From IMG/VR virus record IMGVR_UViG_3300044676_000159, positions 1-54,565 of that record: a DNA stretch of 54,565 nt. One strand, 5' to 3'. The translations under genes and the position numbers were made by a program. Origin of the DNA: a virus. Its lineage: Duplodnaviria > Caudoviricetes. Positions 29,030-37,087 of the stretch are shown here, one piece after another; position 1 is the stretch's first letter; each line of letters starts with the position of its first letter. The notes below the pieces were generated by a model. It ran no database searches. It had not been told where the DNA came from and saw only the letters and a program-made list of their open reading frames with translations.

Positions 29030-29195
29030 CGCTTGCTATGTGGGCAACCCCTAGCCTTACAAGCTACACCGAATTTTATTGGCCTATCGGTTTACCTTAG
29101 TCTGTATCACATAGACCCGCTGGCCACGTTTGCAAGCTAAAACCTTGTTATCTCACCCCTAGGGCTTTGTAGCTGGTTTGTCGCTGTTTGTTCTG
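29030..29195 (-). ncRNA. Putative small structured RNA (~170 nt)
   Basis: GC-rich island with AGCTACA/TGTAGCT, GCTTGC/GCAAGC and CTATGTG/CACATAG pairings. Confidence 0.35.
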
Positions 29196-29781
29196 CGATG
29201 ATTTGATTAGACACGAAACTGATTTGAAACACAACAAAAAAGATTCTTAATGTTTTCAATGGCTTACTGATTAACCTATTGAATTTATTGATAAATAAAA
29301 ATGCAGACTGATTGCACTTTTTTTGAATATGTAATGTTTTCAAGGGGATAGGATATTTTTCTTTTATATATATAAAGTGTCATGTGTTTGTTCTGTGTTT
29401 GTTCTTGTTGTTTTGGTGCATCGTCCTTTCATCTGTTGCAGAAATGTCACATCGTTGCTTTTTTGCCACATATTATATCGTCAAATGATAGTCAATCAGT
29501 TATCTATTGACAGAATGTCTAGCCATTTCAAGGTGTTAGCATTGCTTTGAGACATTTTGCTGGCAAATCGGGTGAAATGGCGGCAAGACAAAGGAAAATC
29601 AAGAGGGTAGGCAGGGGCCACCGCCGGGTATAGCGTATATGTATACATAGAAATACACAGATCAGTAAAATTGAGTGTTAACCACAATGACAACTGACAC
29701 TCATATATGCACAAGTACTGCACAATCTGCCTATTTTTTAGGCAATTGTACATTAATTTGGGTGGATTTGCATTTTATGTA

Positions 29782-29810
29782 TTGACACGGTACCCGTAAT
29801 CTGGTATAAT
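29782..29810 (+). promoter_or_regulatory. Consensus sigma70 promoter TTGACA-N17-TATAAT with extended -10
   Basis: Perfect hexamers upstream of the rightward arm. Confidence 0.8.
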
Positions 29811-29831
29811 TATATAAACTAAACGAACATA

Positions 29832-29920
29832 CACTATAAGTGATCACTTAAATGTTATTTAGTAAAATTATAAATACACTTAAATGGACACTTAAGTGAT
29901 GCGAACTATCACTTAAAGTG
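29832..29920. repeat. Five copies of a near-palindromic CACT(T/A)...TG repeat (core CACTTAA)
   Basis: cactataagtg 29832, cacttaaatg 29845, cacttaaatg 29877, cacttaagtg 29889, cacttaaagtg 29910. Confidence 0.75.
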
Positions 29921-29946
29921 ACAATAATGAAAGTTTTTTCTTGACA

Positions 29947-30162
29947 ATGGCAAAGAAATCTGTAAAACTATACACAGACAATGTACTTGATGCATTTTAT
30001 CATGCTATCCGTACCAACTCCCTAGATAAACTTCATATCCCACATAGTGATGTGTTCTTTGTGCGTAAGGCAGTTGAGGCTCACTATGGTCGTTCATTCT
30101 CTTTGAAGCATGTAGAGGACGCAATGAGAGCAGAGGGATGGAAAGAACCTAGTGAGGAATAA
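29947..30162 (+). CDS. Hypothetical protein
   Basis: First ORF of the rightward arm. Confidence 0.55.
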   Translation: MAKKSVKLYTDNVLDAFYHAIRTNSLDKLHIPHSDVFFVRKAVEAHYGRSFSLKHVEDAMRAEGWKEPSEE

Positions 30163-30165
30163 AAA

Positions 30166-30363
30166 ATGTTTGAAGCATGGGTACTGGTTTGTATAGCGGG
30201 GCAGTTAAACCAATGCATATCCGCTAGAGACACTAGAGGTCCGTATGAGACTATAGAGCAGTGTCAAGACCGTACAGTTGAAATGTCCGCATCCATACTA
30301 AACACAATTCCAAATCATATTCCTGTAGATTCTAAATGCATTAAATTGGGAACAGCAACGTAA
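30166..30363 (+). CDS. Small exported or membrane-anchored Cys protein
   Basis: Hydrophobic N-terminus, four Cys. Confidence 0.55.
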   Translation: MFEAWVLVCIAGQLNQCISARDTRGPYETIEQCQDRTVEMSASILNTIPNHIPVDSKCIKLGTAT

Positions 30364-30656
30364 TGGCTATACCTGAAAGAGTAAAAAACAAGATGAAGGA
30401 GGAAGGGCTGTCCGGTGTGAACAAGCCTAAGAGAACTCCTAATCATCCAACGAAGTCTCATTGTGTAATGGCATCAGAGGGTGGTAAATATAAATTTATA
30501 CGCTTCGGTCAGCAAGGCGTTAAAGGTGCTGGCAAGAGTCCTAAGACAGCGAAGGATAAAGCACGTAAGCGTAGCTATTACGCACGTCATGATGCACAAG
30601 GTAAGCCGACCACTAAGCTATCAGCAAAATATTGGTCGCATAAAGTAAAATGGTAG
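30363..30656 (+). CDS. Basic conserved viral protein (IRFG...SYYARH...YWS family)
   Basis: Motif recognised from small basic viral proteins. Confidence 0.65.
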   Translation: MAIPERVKNKMKEEGLSGVNKPKRTPNHPTKSHCVMASEGGKYKFIRFGQQGVKGAGKSPKTAKDKARKRSYYARHDAQGKPTTKLSAKYWSHKVKW

Positions 30657-30665
30657 GAGATTAAG

Positions 30666-30944
30666 ATGTCTGACATGAGACCTTCAGAAGCAATGCGGAT
30701 TATGGAAAATCCAGAAGACTATACCGTACAGGAGCGTAAGGACGCTAAACGTGTACTTATGGAGTATGGACCTAAAACATCTAAGGACAAGACAGGTGGA
30801 CTTCGTGTAGATATTACACTGCCTACGCCAAAGCCAAAGCGTAAAGCTAAAGGTGGTTATGCAAAGAAGTACAATAAAGGTGGCTATGCTAACTGTGGGG
30901 CATCTATGAAGCCTACACAGAAATCTACACAGAAAATGGGATAA
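30666..30944 (+). CDS. Basic hypothetical protein with two xxKGG motifs
   Basis: AGGAG RBS; KAKGG and YNKGG. Confidence 0.6.
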   Translation: MSDMRPSEAMRIMENPEDYTVQERKDAKRVLMEYGPKTSKDKTGGLRVDITLPTPKPKRKAKGGYAKKYNKGGYANCGASMKPTQKSTQKMG

Positions 30945-30949
30945 GTAAG

Positions 30950-31066
30950 ATGGCTACACTTAAAAAAGCACCCGCTGGTAACAAAGGTTTGAAGAAGCTG
31001 CCTACTCCTGTGCGCAATAAAATGGGCTACATGAAAAAGGGCGGTATGGCGAAAAAGAAGAAGTAA
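30950..31066 (+). CDS. Lys-rich peptide (38 aa, not in ORF track)
   Basis: MATLKKAPAGNKGLKKLPTPVRNKMGYMKKGGMAKKKK. Confidence 0.6.
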   Translation: MATLKKAPAGNKGLKKLPTPVRNKMGYMKKGGMAKKKK

Positions 31067-31177
31067 ATGGCAAAGCAATATGCCAACAGCTTCATGAAGA
31101 AGAAGCGTATTCGCCGTCCGGGTGTTCACAAAAAGAATGTGAATAAGCGGAATAAAACTAAAACTTATTTTGGATAA
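31067..31177 (+). CDS. Lys/Arg-rich peptide (36 aa, not in ORF track)
   Basis: MAKQYANSFMKKKRIRRPGVHKKNVNKRNKTKTYFG; abuts both neighbours. Confidence 0.5.
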   Translation: MAKQYANSFMKKKRIRRPGVHKKNVNKRNKTKTYFG

Positions 31178-31180
31178 ACG

Positions 31181-32440
31181 ATGAGCATTACAAGCTACCC
31201 AGATTATACACGCCTGACTAGCACTGGCGGTGGTAACATTGTTAAGTTTGATAACTCTACATTGGATGCCTTTGGCAGACTGCGGGTAAGTTCTCCATTT
31301 ACGCTGTTTGACAGTCAGAATAGATTTGAATCAGATAACCAGTTTGATACTGGTCTGACAGGCAGTGCAACTTTTAGCCACCTCCCGAACGAAAGTAGCT
31401 GTGCGCTTTCTGTGACTACAGCATCCGGTGATGAAGTCATACGTGAAACAAAACGTGTGTTTCCTTACCAGCCGGGTAAGTCTTTGCTGACACTATGCAC
31501 TTTTGTGATGGCTCCAACGCAAACTAACTTGCGCCAGCGTGTTGGATACTTCGGTGTTAATGATGGTGTATTCTTTGAGTTGAACGGTACAGACAAACGG
31601 TTTGTGCTGCGTACATCAACAAGTGGTAGTTCCAGTGACGCACGATACGTTACACAGGCTGATTGGAATGTAGATAAGTTGGACGGCACTGGACCAAGTG
31701 GAACAACCTTAGACATAACCAAGTCACAAATTTTTATTGCAGATTACGAGTGGCTAGGTGTTGGACGAGTCAGAGTTGGTTTTGTAATTGATGGTGAAAT
31801 CGTAGTTGCTCACGAGTTTTACAACGCTAATAATTTAGATGTTGTCTACATGAAGACTGCCATCTTGCCAATCCGATACGAGATTACAGCTACTGGTACT
31901 CTTTCTACTGCCGCTACTATGAAGCAAATTTGTAGCACTGTTATCAGTGAAGGGGGCTACCAGCAAGACGTAAATGAACTTACGGCACAGCGTGTATCAC
32001 CCCTTACCACAATTGGACTAACGCCTAAACCCCTTGTGTCTGTGCGTTTAAATTCAGGCTCTCTGGATGCGGTCGTACTTCCACAAATTATCAAGGTATT
32101 GCCGACTACTGGACAGGACTATATCATCCGGCTTGTTCGCAATGGTACATTAACGGGTGCTTCGTGGAATACCGGCACATTTACCAACGTGGACTATGAC
32201 GTTACTGCCACCGCTATTACGGGTGGTACAGTATTGCAAGTTGATTACATCACCAACACGGTACAGGCTGGTAGCGGTATTGACAATCCAACAGGCTATA
32301 AGTGGTCCCTTCAACTAGGTAGAACACTTGCTGGTGTAAGTGACATTGTGACCCTTACAATACAGACAGCGGTAAGTGCTACACCTTCAGGGGATGCAAT
32401 AGGCGCACTTGTATTTTACGATTTAACCAACGGAGCATAA
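31181..32440 (+). CDS. Beta-rich putative virion protein (DAFGRLRVS family)
   Basis: DAFGRLRVSSPFTLFDS, YQPGKS, EWLGVGRVR motifs. Confidence 0.6.
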   Translation: MSITSYPDYTRLTSTGGGNIVKFDNSTLDAFGRLRVSSPFTLFDSQNRFESDNQFDTGLTGSATFSHLPNESSCALSVTTASGDEVIRETKRVFPYQPGKSLLTLCTFVMAPTQTNLRQRVGYFGVNDGVFFELNGTDKRFVLRTSTSGSSSDARYVTQADWNVDKLDGTGPSGTTLDITKSQIFIADYEWLGVGRVRVGFVIDGEIVVAHEFYNANNLDVVYMKTAILPIRYEITATGTLSTAATMKQICSTVISEGGYQQDVNELTAQRVSPLTTIGLTPKPLVSVRLNSGSLDAVVLPQIIKVLPTTGQDYIIRLVRNGTLTGASWNTGTFTNVDYDVTATAITGGTVLQVDYITNTVQAGSGIDNPTGYKWSLQLGRTLAGVSDIVTLTIQTAVSATPSGDAIGALVFYDLTNGA

Positions 32441-32441
32441 C

Positions 32442-32780
32442 ATGGAAACAAAAAACCGCACCGTTGGATTAGAACTGACAACAAGCAATCAAGACATCTA
32501 CACTGTACCATCAAACTATGAAGCAGAGGTGGACAGTATTTTTATCAGCAATGCCAGTGCTTCAAAAGTTACATTTAGCCTAGACTGGTATGACAGCCAA
32601 ACTACCACATACTACACTATTGCAGAAACTGTAGACATTGAAGCTAATTCAATGGTTCATATTAACGATGACCCATTCTGGCTTTTTAAGAATGATAAAC
32701 TGCGTGGCCTTGCGAGTGCCAATAGCGCAGTAACTGTCATTGTTAAACTTCGTGAATCATACATGCCCCAGAGGAGTTAA
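32442..32780 (+). CDS. Hypothetical beta-sandwich protein
   Basis: IYTVP motif, 112 aa. Confidence 0.55.
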   Translation: METKNRTVGLELTTSNQDIYTVPSNYEAEVDSIFISNASASKVTFSLDWYDSQTTTYYTIAETVDIEANSMVHINDDPFWLFKNDKLRGLASANSAVTVIVKLRESYMPQRS

Positions 32781-32786
32781 GGAGAG

Positions 32787-33149
32787 ATGCCACTCACACC
32801 TAAAGGAAAGAAGATTAAATCTGCTATGACCAAGCAATATGGGGAGAAGAAAGGTGAGCGAGTTTTCTACGGAGCAGCACAAAGCGGCAAGATTAGCGGC
32901 GTGGAGAAGGAACAAAAAGAATACAAGAAAGGTGGCAGCGTTGGAAAAACTAGCAAGAAGAAAGTCGTTAAGAAAAAGAGCAAGAGTAGAGTTAATGAAG
33001 CTGGCAACTACACTAAGCCAGCATTAAGAAAAAGATTATTTGAAAAGATTAAAGCTGGCAGCAAAGGTGGTAAACCGGGTCAGTGGTCAGCACGTAAGGC
33101 ACAGATGCTTGCACGTGAATATAAGGCAGCAGGAGGCGGTTATAAGTAA
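32787..33149 (+). CDS. Basic protein, N-terminal half of a DUF5872-like domain
   Basis: YTKPALR...GGKPGQWSARKAQMLAREYKAAGGGY. Confidence 0.65.
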   Translation: MPLTPKGKKIKSAMTKQYGEKKGERVFYGAAQSGKISGVEKEQKEYKKGGSVGKTSKKKVVKKKSKSRVNEAGNYTKPALRKRLFEKIKAGSKGGKPGQWSARKAQMLAREYKAAGGGYK

Positions 33150-33346
33150 TGGAAAAGCAAATTGTTGGCGCTTTGATGGCACTGCTTATGGCTCTTGCTG
33201 CGTGGAATATGAAAACAGTAAATGACCTGCAGCTTGAGATGCGGGAAGTTATGGTAGGACATGCCACTGCAAAAGATATAGAAGAGTTACGGCAGGATGT
33301 TTTACGGTTACAATGGGTCTTACATGACAGGGCTGTAGATAAATGA
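33149..33346 (+). CDS. Small membrane-anchored protein
   Basis: N-terminal hydrophobic helix plus coiled coil. Confidence 0.55.
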   Translation: MEKQIVGALMALLMALAAWNMKTVNDLQLEMREVMVGHATAKDIEELRQDVLRLQWVLHDRAVDK

Positions 33347-33347
33347 G

Positions 33348-33539
33348 ATGGAACATGTATTCCTGCTATTTGTATTTGTAGGCATTGGTGAAGAAAAAAG
33401 ATTAGAGAGCAGAGATTTATATTTTAAGGATTTAAAAGAATGCGTCTGGTACGCACAAACATTACATAAACAAGGGAGTGAGATTACAGCATATTGTCTT
33501 CCCAAATACGTTAACCCCGGCAACGTAAGGATATACTAA
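33348..33539 (+). CDS. Small exported Cys protein
   Basis: Hydrophobic N-terminus; YF....C...YCLP. Confidence 0.55.
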   Translation: MEHVFLLFVFVGIGEEKRLESRDLYFKDLKECVWYAQTLHKQGSEITAYCLPKYVNPGNVRIY

Positions 33540-34019
33540 ATGGACCCCATTAGTGCGATGGCAACCGCTTCGGCGGCTTTTAATACTATAAAAAAAGGTT
33601 TTGCTGTAGGCCGTGACATAGAACAGATGGCGTCTGATTTAGGTCGCTGGATGGGCGCATTGTCTGACCTAGAGCAAGCAGAAAAAGAAGCAAAGAACCC
33701 ACCCATCTTTAAAAAGCTGTTCGCTGGCACATCAGTTGAACAAGAGGCTATGGAAGCCTTTGCTGCTAAATCAAAAGCAGAAAAGCAAAGAGAAGAATTA
33801 AAGACGTGGATACAGTATACAATGGGGCAGTCCAAATGGGATGAACTCATTCGTATGGAAGCTGATATCCGCAAACAACGGCAGCAGACTTTATACCGCC
33901 AACGAGAACGTAGGCAGAAGTTTATGGAGATTGTAGCAATAATACTAGCAGGTTTGATTGCTACAGGATTACTAGGCGGCTTAGTTTATTGGGGTATGGC
34001 ACGTAGAGGAATAGTTTAA
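33540..34019 (+). CDS. Conserved phage protein with C-terminal transmembrane helix
   Basis: MDPISAMA...GRDIEQM; hydrophobic C-terminus. Confidence 0.6.
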   Translation: MDPISAMATASAAFNTIKKGFAVGRDIEQMASDLGRWMGALSDLEQAEKEAKNPPIFKKLFAGTSVEQEAMEAFAAKSKAEKQREELKTWIQYTMGQSKWDELIRMEADIRKQRQQTLYRQRERRQKFMEIVAIILAGLIATGLLGGLVYWGMARRGIV

Positions 34020-34267
34020 TGGCACTCAAAAGCCCACAAAAAAGTTTAAAAGCATGGACAAAACAAAAGTGGCGCACTAAATCAGGACAGCCTTCTGCAA
34101 AGACTGGAGAAAGATATTTACCTGAAAAAGCAATAAAGTCCTTGACAAGTGCTGAGTATTCTGCTACAACTAAAGCTAAAAGAGAAGGTACGGCAAAAGG
34201 ACAGCAGTTTGTACGCCAGCCTAAATCTATTGCAAATAAGACTGCCAAATTTAGAAGAGGCATGTAA
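34019..34267 (+). CDS. Basic protein, C-terminal half of a DUF5872-like domain
   Basis: QKSLKAWTKQKWRTKSG...RYLP...KREG..KGQQFV. Confidence 0.65.
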   Translation: MALKSPQKSLKAWTKQKWRTKSGQPSAKTGERYLPEKAIKSLTSAEYSATTKAKREGTAKGQQFVRQPKSIANKTAKFRRGM

Positions 34268-34650
34268 TGTTAAATTTATTGATTGGACCAGTCACTGAAC
34301 TGGCGGGAACTTGGTTAAATGGAAAAGTTGAAAGCACTAAAGCGCAGGCTGCAACCAAAGTGGCGAAAGCTAAAGCGGAAGCTGTCATCATGGAGAAAAA
34401 GGCAACAGGCGAGATTGATTGGGATTTGGAAATGGCTAAAGGGTCGGCTAACTCGTGGAAAGACGAGTGGCTAACCATACTGTTTAGCATTCCTTTGATC
34501 CTTGCATTCATTCCCGGCATGGAGGAAGTAGTTGCAAACGGATTCGCACAACTGCAAGCAATGCCTGAATGGTATCAATATTCCTTGGGAGTTATCGTTG
34601 CGGCTTCTTTTGGGGTACGTAGTGCTACAAAATTCTTTGGTAAAAAATAA
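34267..34650 (+). CDS. Putative holin (3-TM type)
   Basis: SWKDEW, multiple transmembrane segments, basic C-terminus, near endolysin. Confidence 0.6.
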   Translation: MLNLLIGPVTELAGTWLNGKVESTKAQAATKVAKAKAEAVIMEKKATGEIDWDLEMAKGSANSWKDEWLTILFSIPLILAFIPGMEEVVANGFAQLQAMPEWYQYSLGVIVAASFGVRSATKFFGKK

Positions 34651-34707
34651 TGTATCCTATGTGGCAAGCACACAATCGCACAACGGAAGAACAGGCGAGG
34701 AAAAATC

Positions 34708-34908
34708 GTGACAATAGTAATGGAAAGAGTTCTAGCGTGGAAACTGCTCCCCCGCTTGATGATGATTATGATGTCAATATCCGCTTGGCGGGTAGTGGAG
34801 TGGTTTATGACGTTACCAGACCCTACAACACAACAGTCCGCTTTAGTTAGTGTTGTTACTGGTGCAATGACAGGTGCATTTGCAGTCTGGATGGGGCATG
34901 AAAAATGA
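34708..34908 (+). CDS. Two-TM membrane protein of the lysis cassette
   Basis: LPRLMM...WFM.L..PT..Q; GTG start, ATG at 34720 also possible. Confidence 0.55.
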   Translation: MTIVMERVLAWKLLPRLMMIMMSISAWRVVEWFMTLPDPTTQQSALVSVVTGAMTGAFAVWMGHEK

Positions 34909-35390
34909 AATACAGTAGAGCCAATTTTATTGATAAACTAATAGCGCATGAAGGGTTGGTTCTAACTGTGTACCAAGATAGCCTTGGTATTGACACTATT
35001 GGAATTGGTAGGAACCTAGAAGACCGTGGCATTAGTAAAGAAGAGTTAGACTACATGGACATACCAAGTATGGATGTAGTTTATGAACATGGTATTACAG
35101 AAGCTGATGCACGGTATCTTGCAGAGAATGACGTACAGATTGTCGAAGAGGAACTTGTAAGATCGCACCCTTGCGTAGACAAGCTAGACTCTGTGCGTCA
35201 ACTTGTACTGATGGACATGGCTTTTAACATGGGTGTGCCACGTCTACTGAAGTTTAAAAATATGTGGAACGCTATCCATAATGAAGATTTTCCTAATGCA
35301 GCAAAAGAAATGCTTGACAGCAGGTGGGCAAATCAGGTAAAATCACGTGCAGTGAAGTTAGCTAATGCAATGCACAATGGAGCATTTTAA
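34905..35390 (+). CDS. Endolysin, GH24 (T4-lysozyme-like)
   Basis: HEG...YQDSLG..TIGIG, MAFNMG, DSRWANQVKSRA. Confidence 0.9.
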   Translation: MKYSRANFIDKLIAHEGLVLTVYQDSLGIDTIGIGRNLEDRGISKEELDYMDIPSMDVVYEHGITEADARYLAENDVQIVEEELVRSHPCVDKLDSVRQLVLMDMAFNMGVPRLLKFKNMWNAIHNEDFPNAAKEMLDSRWANQVKSRAVKLANAMHNGAF

Positions 35391-35418
35391 TGTGGCCCTA
35401 CACAGAGGATGAGAATAA

Positions 35419-35793
35419 ATGGCTAGGCAACTAACAGAGAAGCAGCAGAAATTTCTTGCTGTACTATTTGATGAAGCTGGCGGTGATATGGTTACTGCCA
35501 AGAAAATGGCAGGATATGCTGACACTTCTAGCACTGGCGAAATTGTTAAAGGTCTTAAAGAAGAAATACTTGAGGCGACTCAAATGTATATGGCACGTAA
35601 TGCGCCGAAGGCTGCAATGGCTATGACAGGTGCGCTGTACAATCCAACTGAACTTGGTATTCGTGACAAGATGTCTGCAGCCAAGGAACTGCTTGACCGT
35701 GTAGGTCTAGTAAAGACAGAGAAAATGCAGGTAGAGGCATCAGGTGGTGTTATGCTGATGCCCCCGAAAACACCTGTGGAGGAGGAAGACTAA
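35419..35793 (+). CDS. Putative terminase small subunit
   Basis: LTEKQQKF...A...AGY HTH-like start, AAKELLDRVG, upstream of TerL. Confidence 0.7.
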   Translation: MARQLTEKQQKFLAVLFDEAGGDMVTAKKMAGYADTSSTGEIVKGLKEEILEATQMYMARNAPKAAMAMTGALYNPTELGIRDKMSAAKELLDRVGLVKTEKMQVEASGGVMLMPPKTPVEEED

Positions 35794-36281
35794 TGTCTCA
35801 GCGAAATCGTGATAAAATCAAAAGCCTGTTCTTTCGTGATGACGGAACCAGCAAACTTAAAATGCCGAAGGAGACGTTTTCGGTAGCAGCAGGAAAGTTT
35901 GGCAAAGGTAGTAACACACTTAGTGGTATTGCCGATACTTTGGGTGTTACCTTGAAGTCCCTGCAAAAAGAAAATCCGCAGATTAAAGACGCTAATAAAA
36001 TTTCTGCAGGTCAAAAGATTAATGTTCCTCTTCGTAAACAGACATTTGTAGAAAAGTATGTTCTAGGTAAGAAGAATAAACCGTCCACACGCCGTGTCGT
36101 GCGAGGTGATGGTAAAGAGGATACTATGGCCGTAAAGAAGGGTGCAGAGGGACGAGTCTACGAAGGTATGTCAAAATCGGACATGGCTAAGATTACGCTA
36201 GAGAGAAGTCGTGGTGGTTCTATCGACTATCGTGAAGGCGGCATGGTTTTGTCTAGCAAGGACAATCGTAAAAAGAAATGA
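35793..36281 (+). CDS. LysM-domain basic protein with C-terminal GGMVLSSxDNRKK tag
   Basis: TLSGIADTLGVTLKSLQKENPQIKDANKISAGQKINVP is a LysM motif. Confidence 0.75.
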   Translation: MSQRNRDKIKSLFFRDDGTSKLKMPKETFSVAAGKFGKGSNTLSGIADTLGVTLKSLQKENPQIKDANKISAGQKINVPLRKQTFVEKYVLGKKNKPSTRRVVRGDGKEDTMAVKKGAEGRVYEGMSKSDMAKITLERSRGGSIDYREGGMVLSSKDNRKKK

Positions 36282-36363
36282 CTAGAAGCGTAGGCAAGTG
36301 GAAGCAAGCGGCGGCGTTATGCTTATGCCACCTAAAGCAATTGTAGAAGAGGATGATGACTGA
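36278..36363 (+). pseudogene. Chimeric recombination scar: start of the 36686-type gene fused to a diverged TerS 3' end
   Basis: MTRSVGKWK (cf. MNRSAGRWK at 36686) overlaps QVEASGGVMLMPPKAIVEEDDD* (cf. TerS QVEASGGVMLMPPKTPVEEED*). Confidence 0.8.
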
Positions 36364-36689
36364 TGACAGATGTTGTTGAAGAAGCTATTTCAGATAGAAA
36401 AAAAGAGTATAAAGAAAAACAAGGAGAAGTTGTAACTAAAGAAGATTATAATTCTTATAAAGAAAAGTTTTCTTCTGAAAGTATGTCAAAACCTCTATCC
36501 TTTAGTGACTACAAAGATATTGCTAGTTTTTATGGTAAAAGATTAGCTAACGATGCAGACCTATCTATTATTGCAAAAGCTGGAATTGACGCAGATAAAT
36601 ACCGTAAACAAAAAACAGCAAGTGGAAAACAAGATTTTCGTAAAGGTGGCATGGTTCTGTCATCCGTGGACAACCGTAAGAAACGATGA
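36363..36689 (+). CDS. Hypothetical protein with C-terminal GGMVLSSxDNRKK tag
   Basis: Ends DFRKGGMVLSSVDNRKKR. Confidence 0.7.
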   Translation: MTDVVEEAISDRKKEYKEKQGEVVTKEDYNSYKEKFSSESMSKPLSFSDYKDIASFYGKRLANDADLSIIAKAGIDADKYRKQKTASGKQDFRKGGMVLSSVDNRKKR

Positions 36690-37087
36690 ATAGAAGCGCA
36701 GGGCGGTGGAAGTTACCACAGCCAACAGACATTAAAGAAGAAAACGAATGGGTGCAGATACCTCGTATTGCAAGGACTGTCCCATTTGGATATAAACAAA
36801 ACGAAGAAGACCCCGACATTCTTGACCCAATAAAAATTGAATTAGATTTGCTTGAAAAAGCTAGACAACACGTAAATCAATATTCGTATCGTGAAGTAGC
36901 AAATTGGCTTAGTGCAAATACAAATAGATATATATCTCATGTGGGATTAAGGAAACGGTTAGCAAATGAGCGACAGCGTAAGGACCAAGCTAGAAGCCTC
37001 CGCAAGTGGGCAGAATATGCGGAAACGGCAATCGCCAAAGCGAAAGAAATCGAAGAAGCAAGAACCGGCGCAAAAGCCAGCGGTTGA
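36686..37087 (+). CDS. Putative DNA-binding protein next to terminase
   Basis: VPFGY...SYREVANWL helix-turn-helix-like pattern. Confidence 0.55.
   Translation: MNRSAGRWKLPQPTDIKEENEWVQIPRIARTVPFGYKQNEEDPDILDPIKIELDLLEKARQHVNQYSYREVANWLSANTNRYISHVGLRKRLANERQRKDQARSLRKWAEYAETAIAKAKEIEEARTGAKASG

Noticed and set aside
26495-29200. tRNA or tmRNA genes in the non-coding blocks
   Set aside because: No cloverleaf with a T-arm GTTCRA and acceptor stem was found by eye; tRNAscan/ARAGORN would be decisive
29137-29753. ORFs 29137-29343 and 29496-29753 as genes
   Set aside because: AT-rich regulatory DNA, no RBS, implausible amino-acid composition
29832-29920. CRISPR mini-array or CtrA boxes
   Set aside because: Repeats are only 10-11 nt with irregular short spacing; the closest TTAA pair is 8 nt apart, not the 7 of CtrA sites
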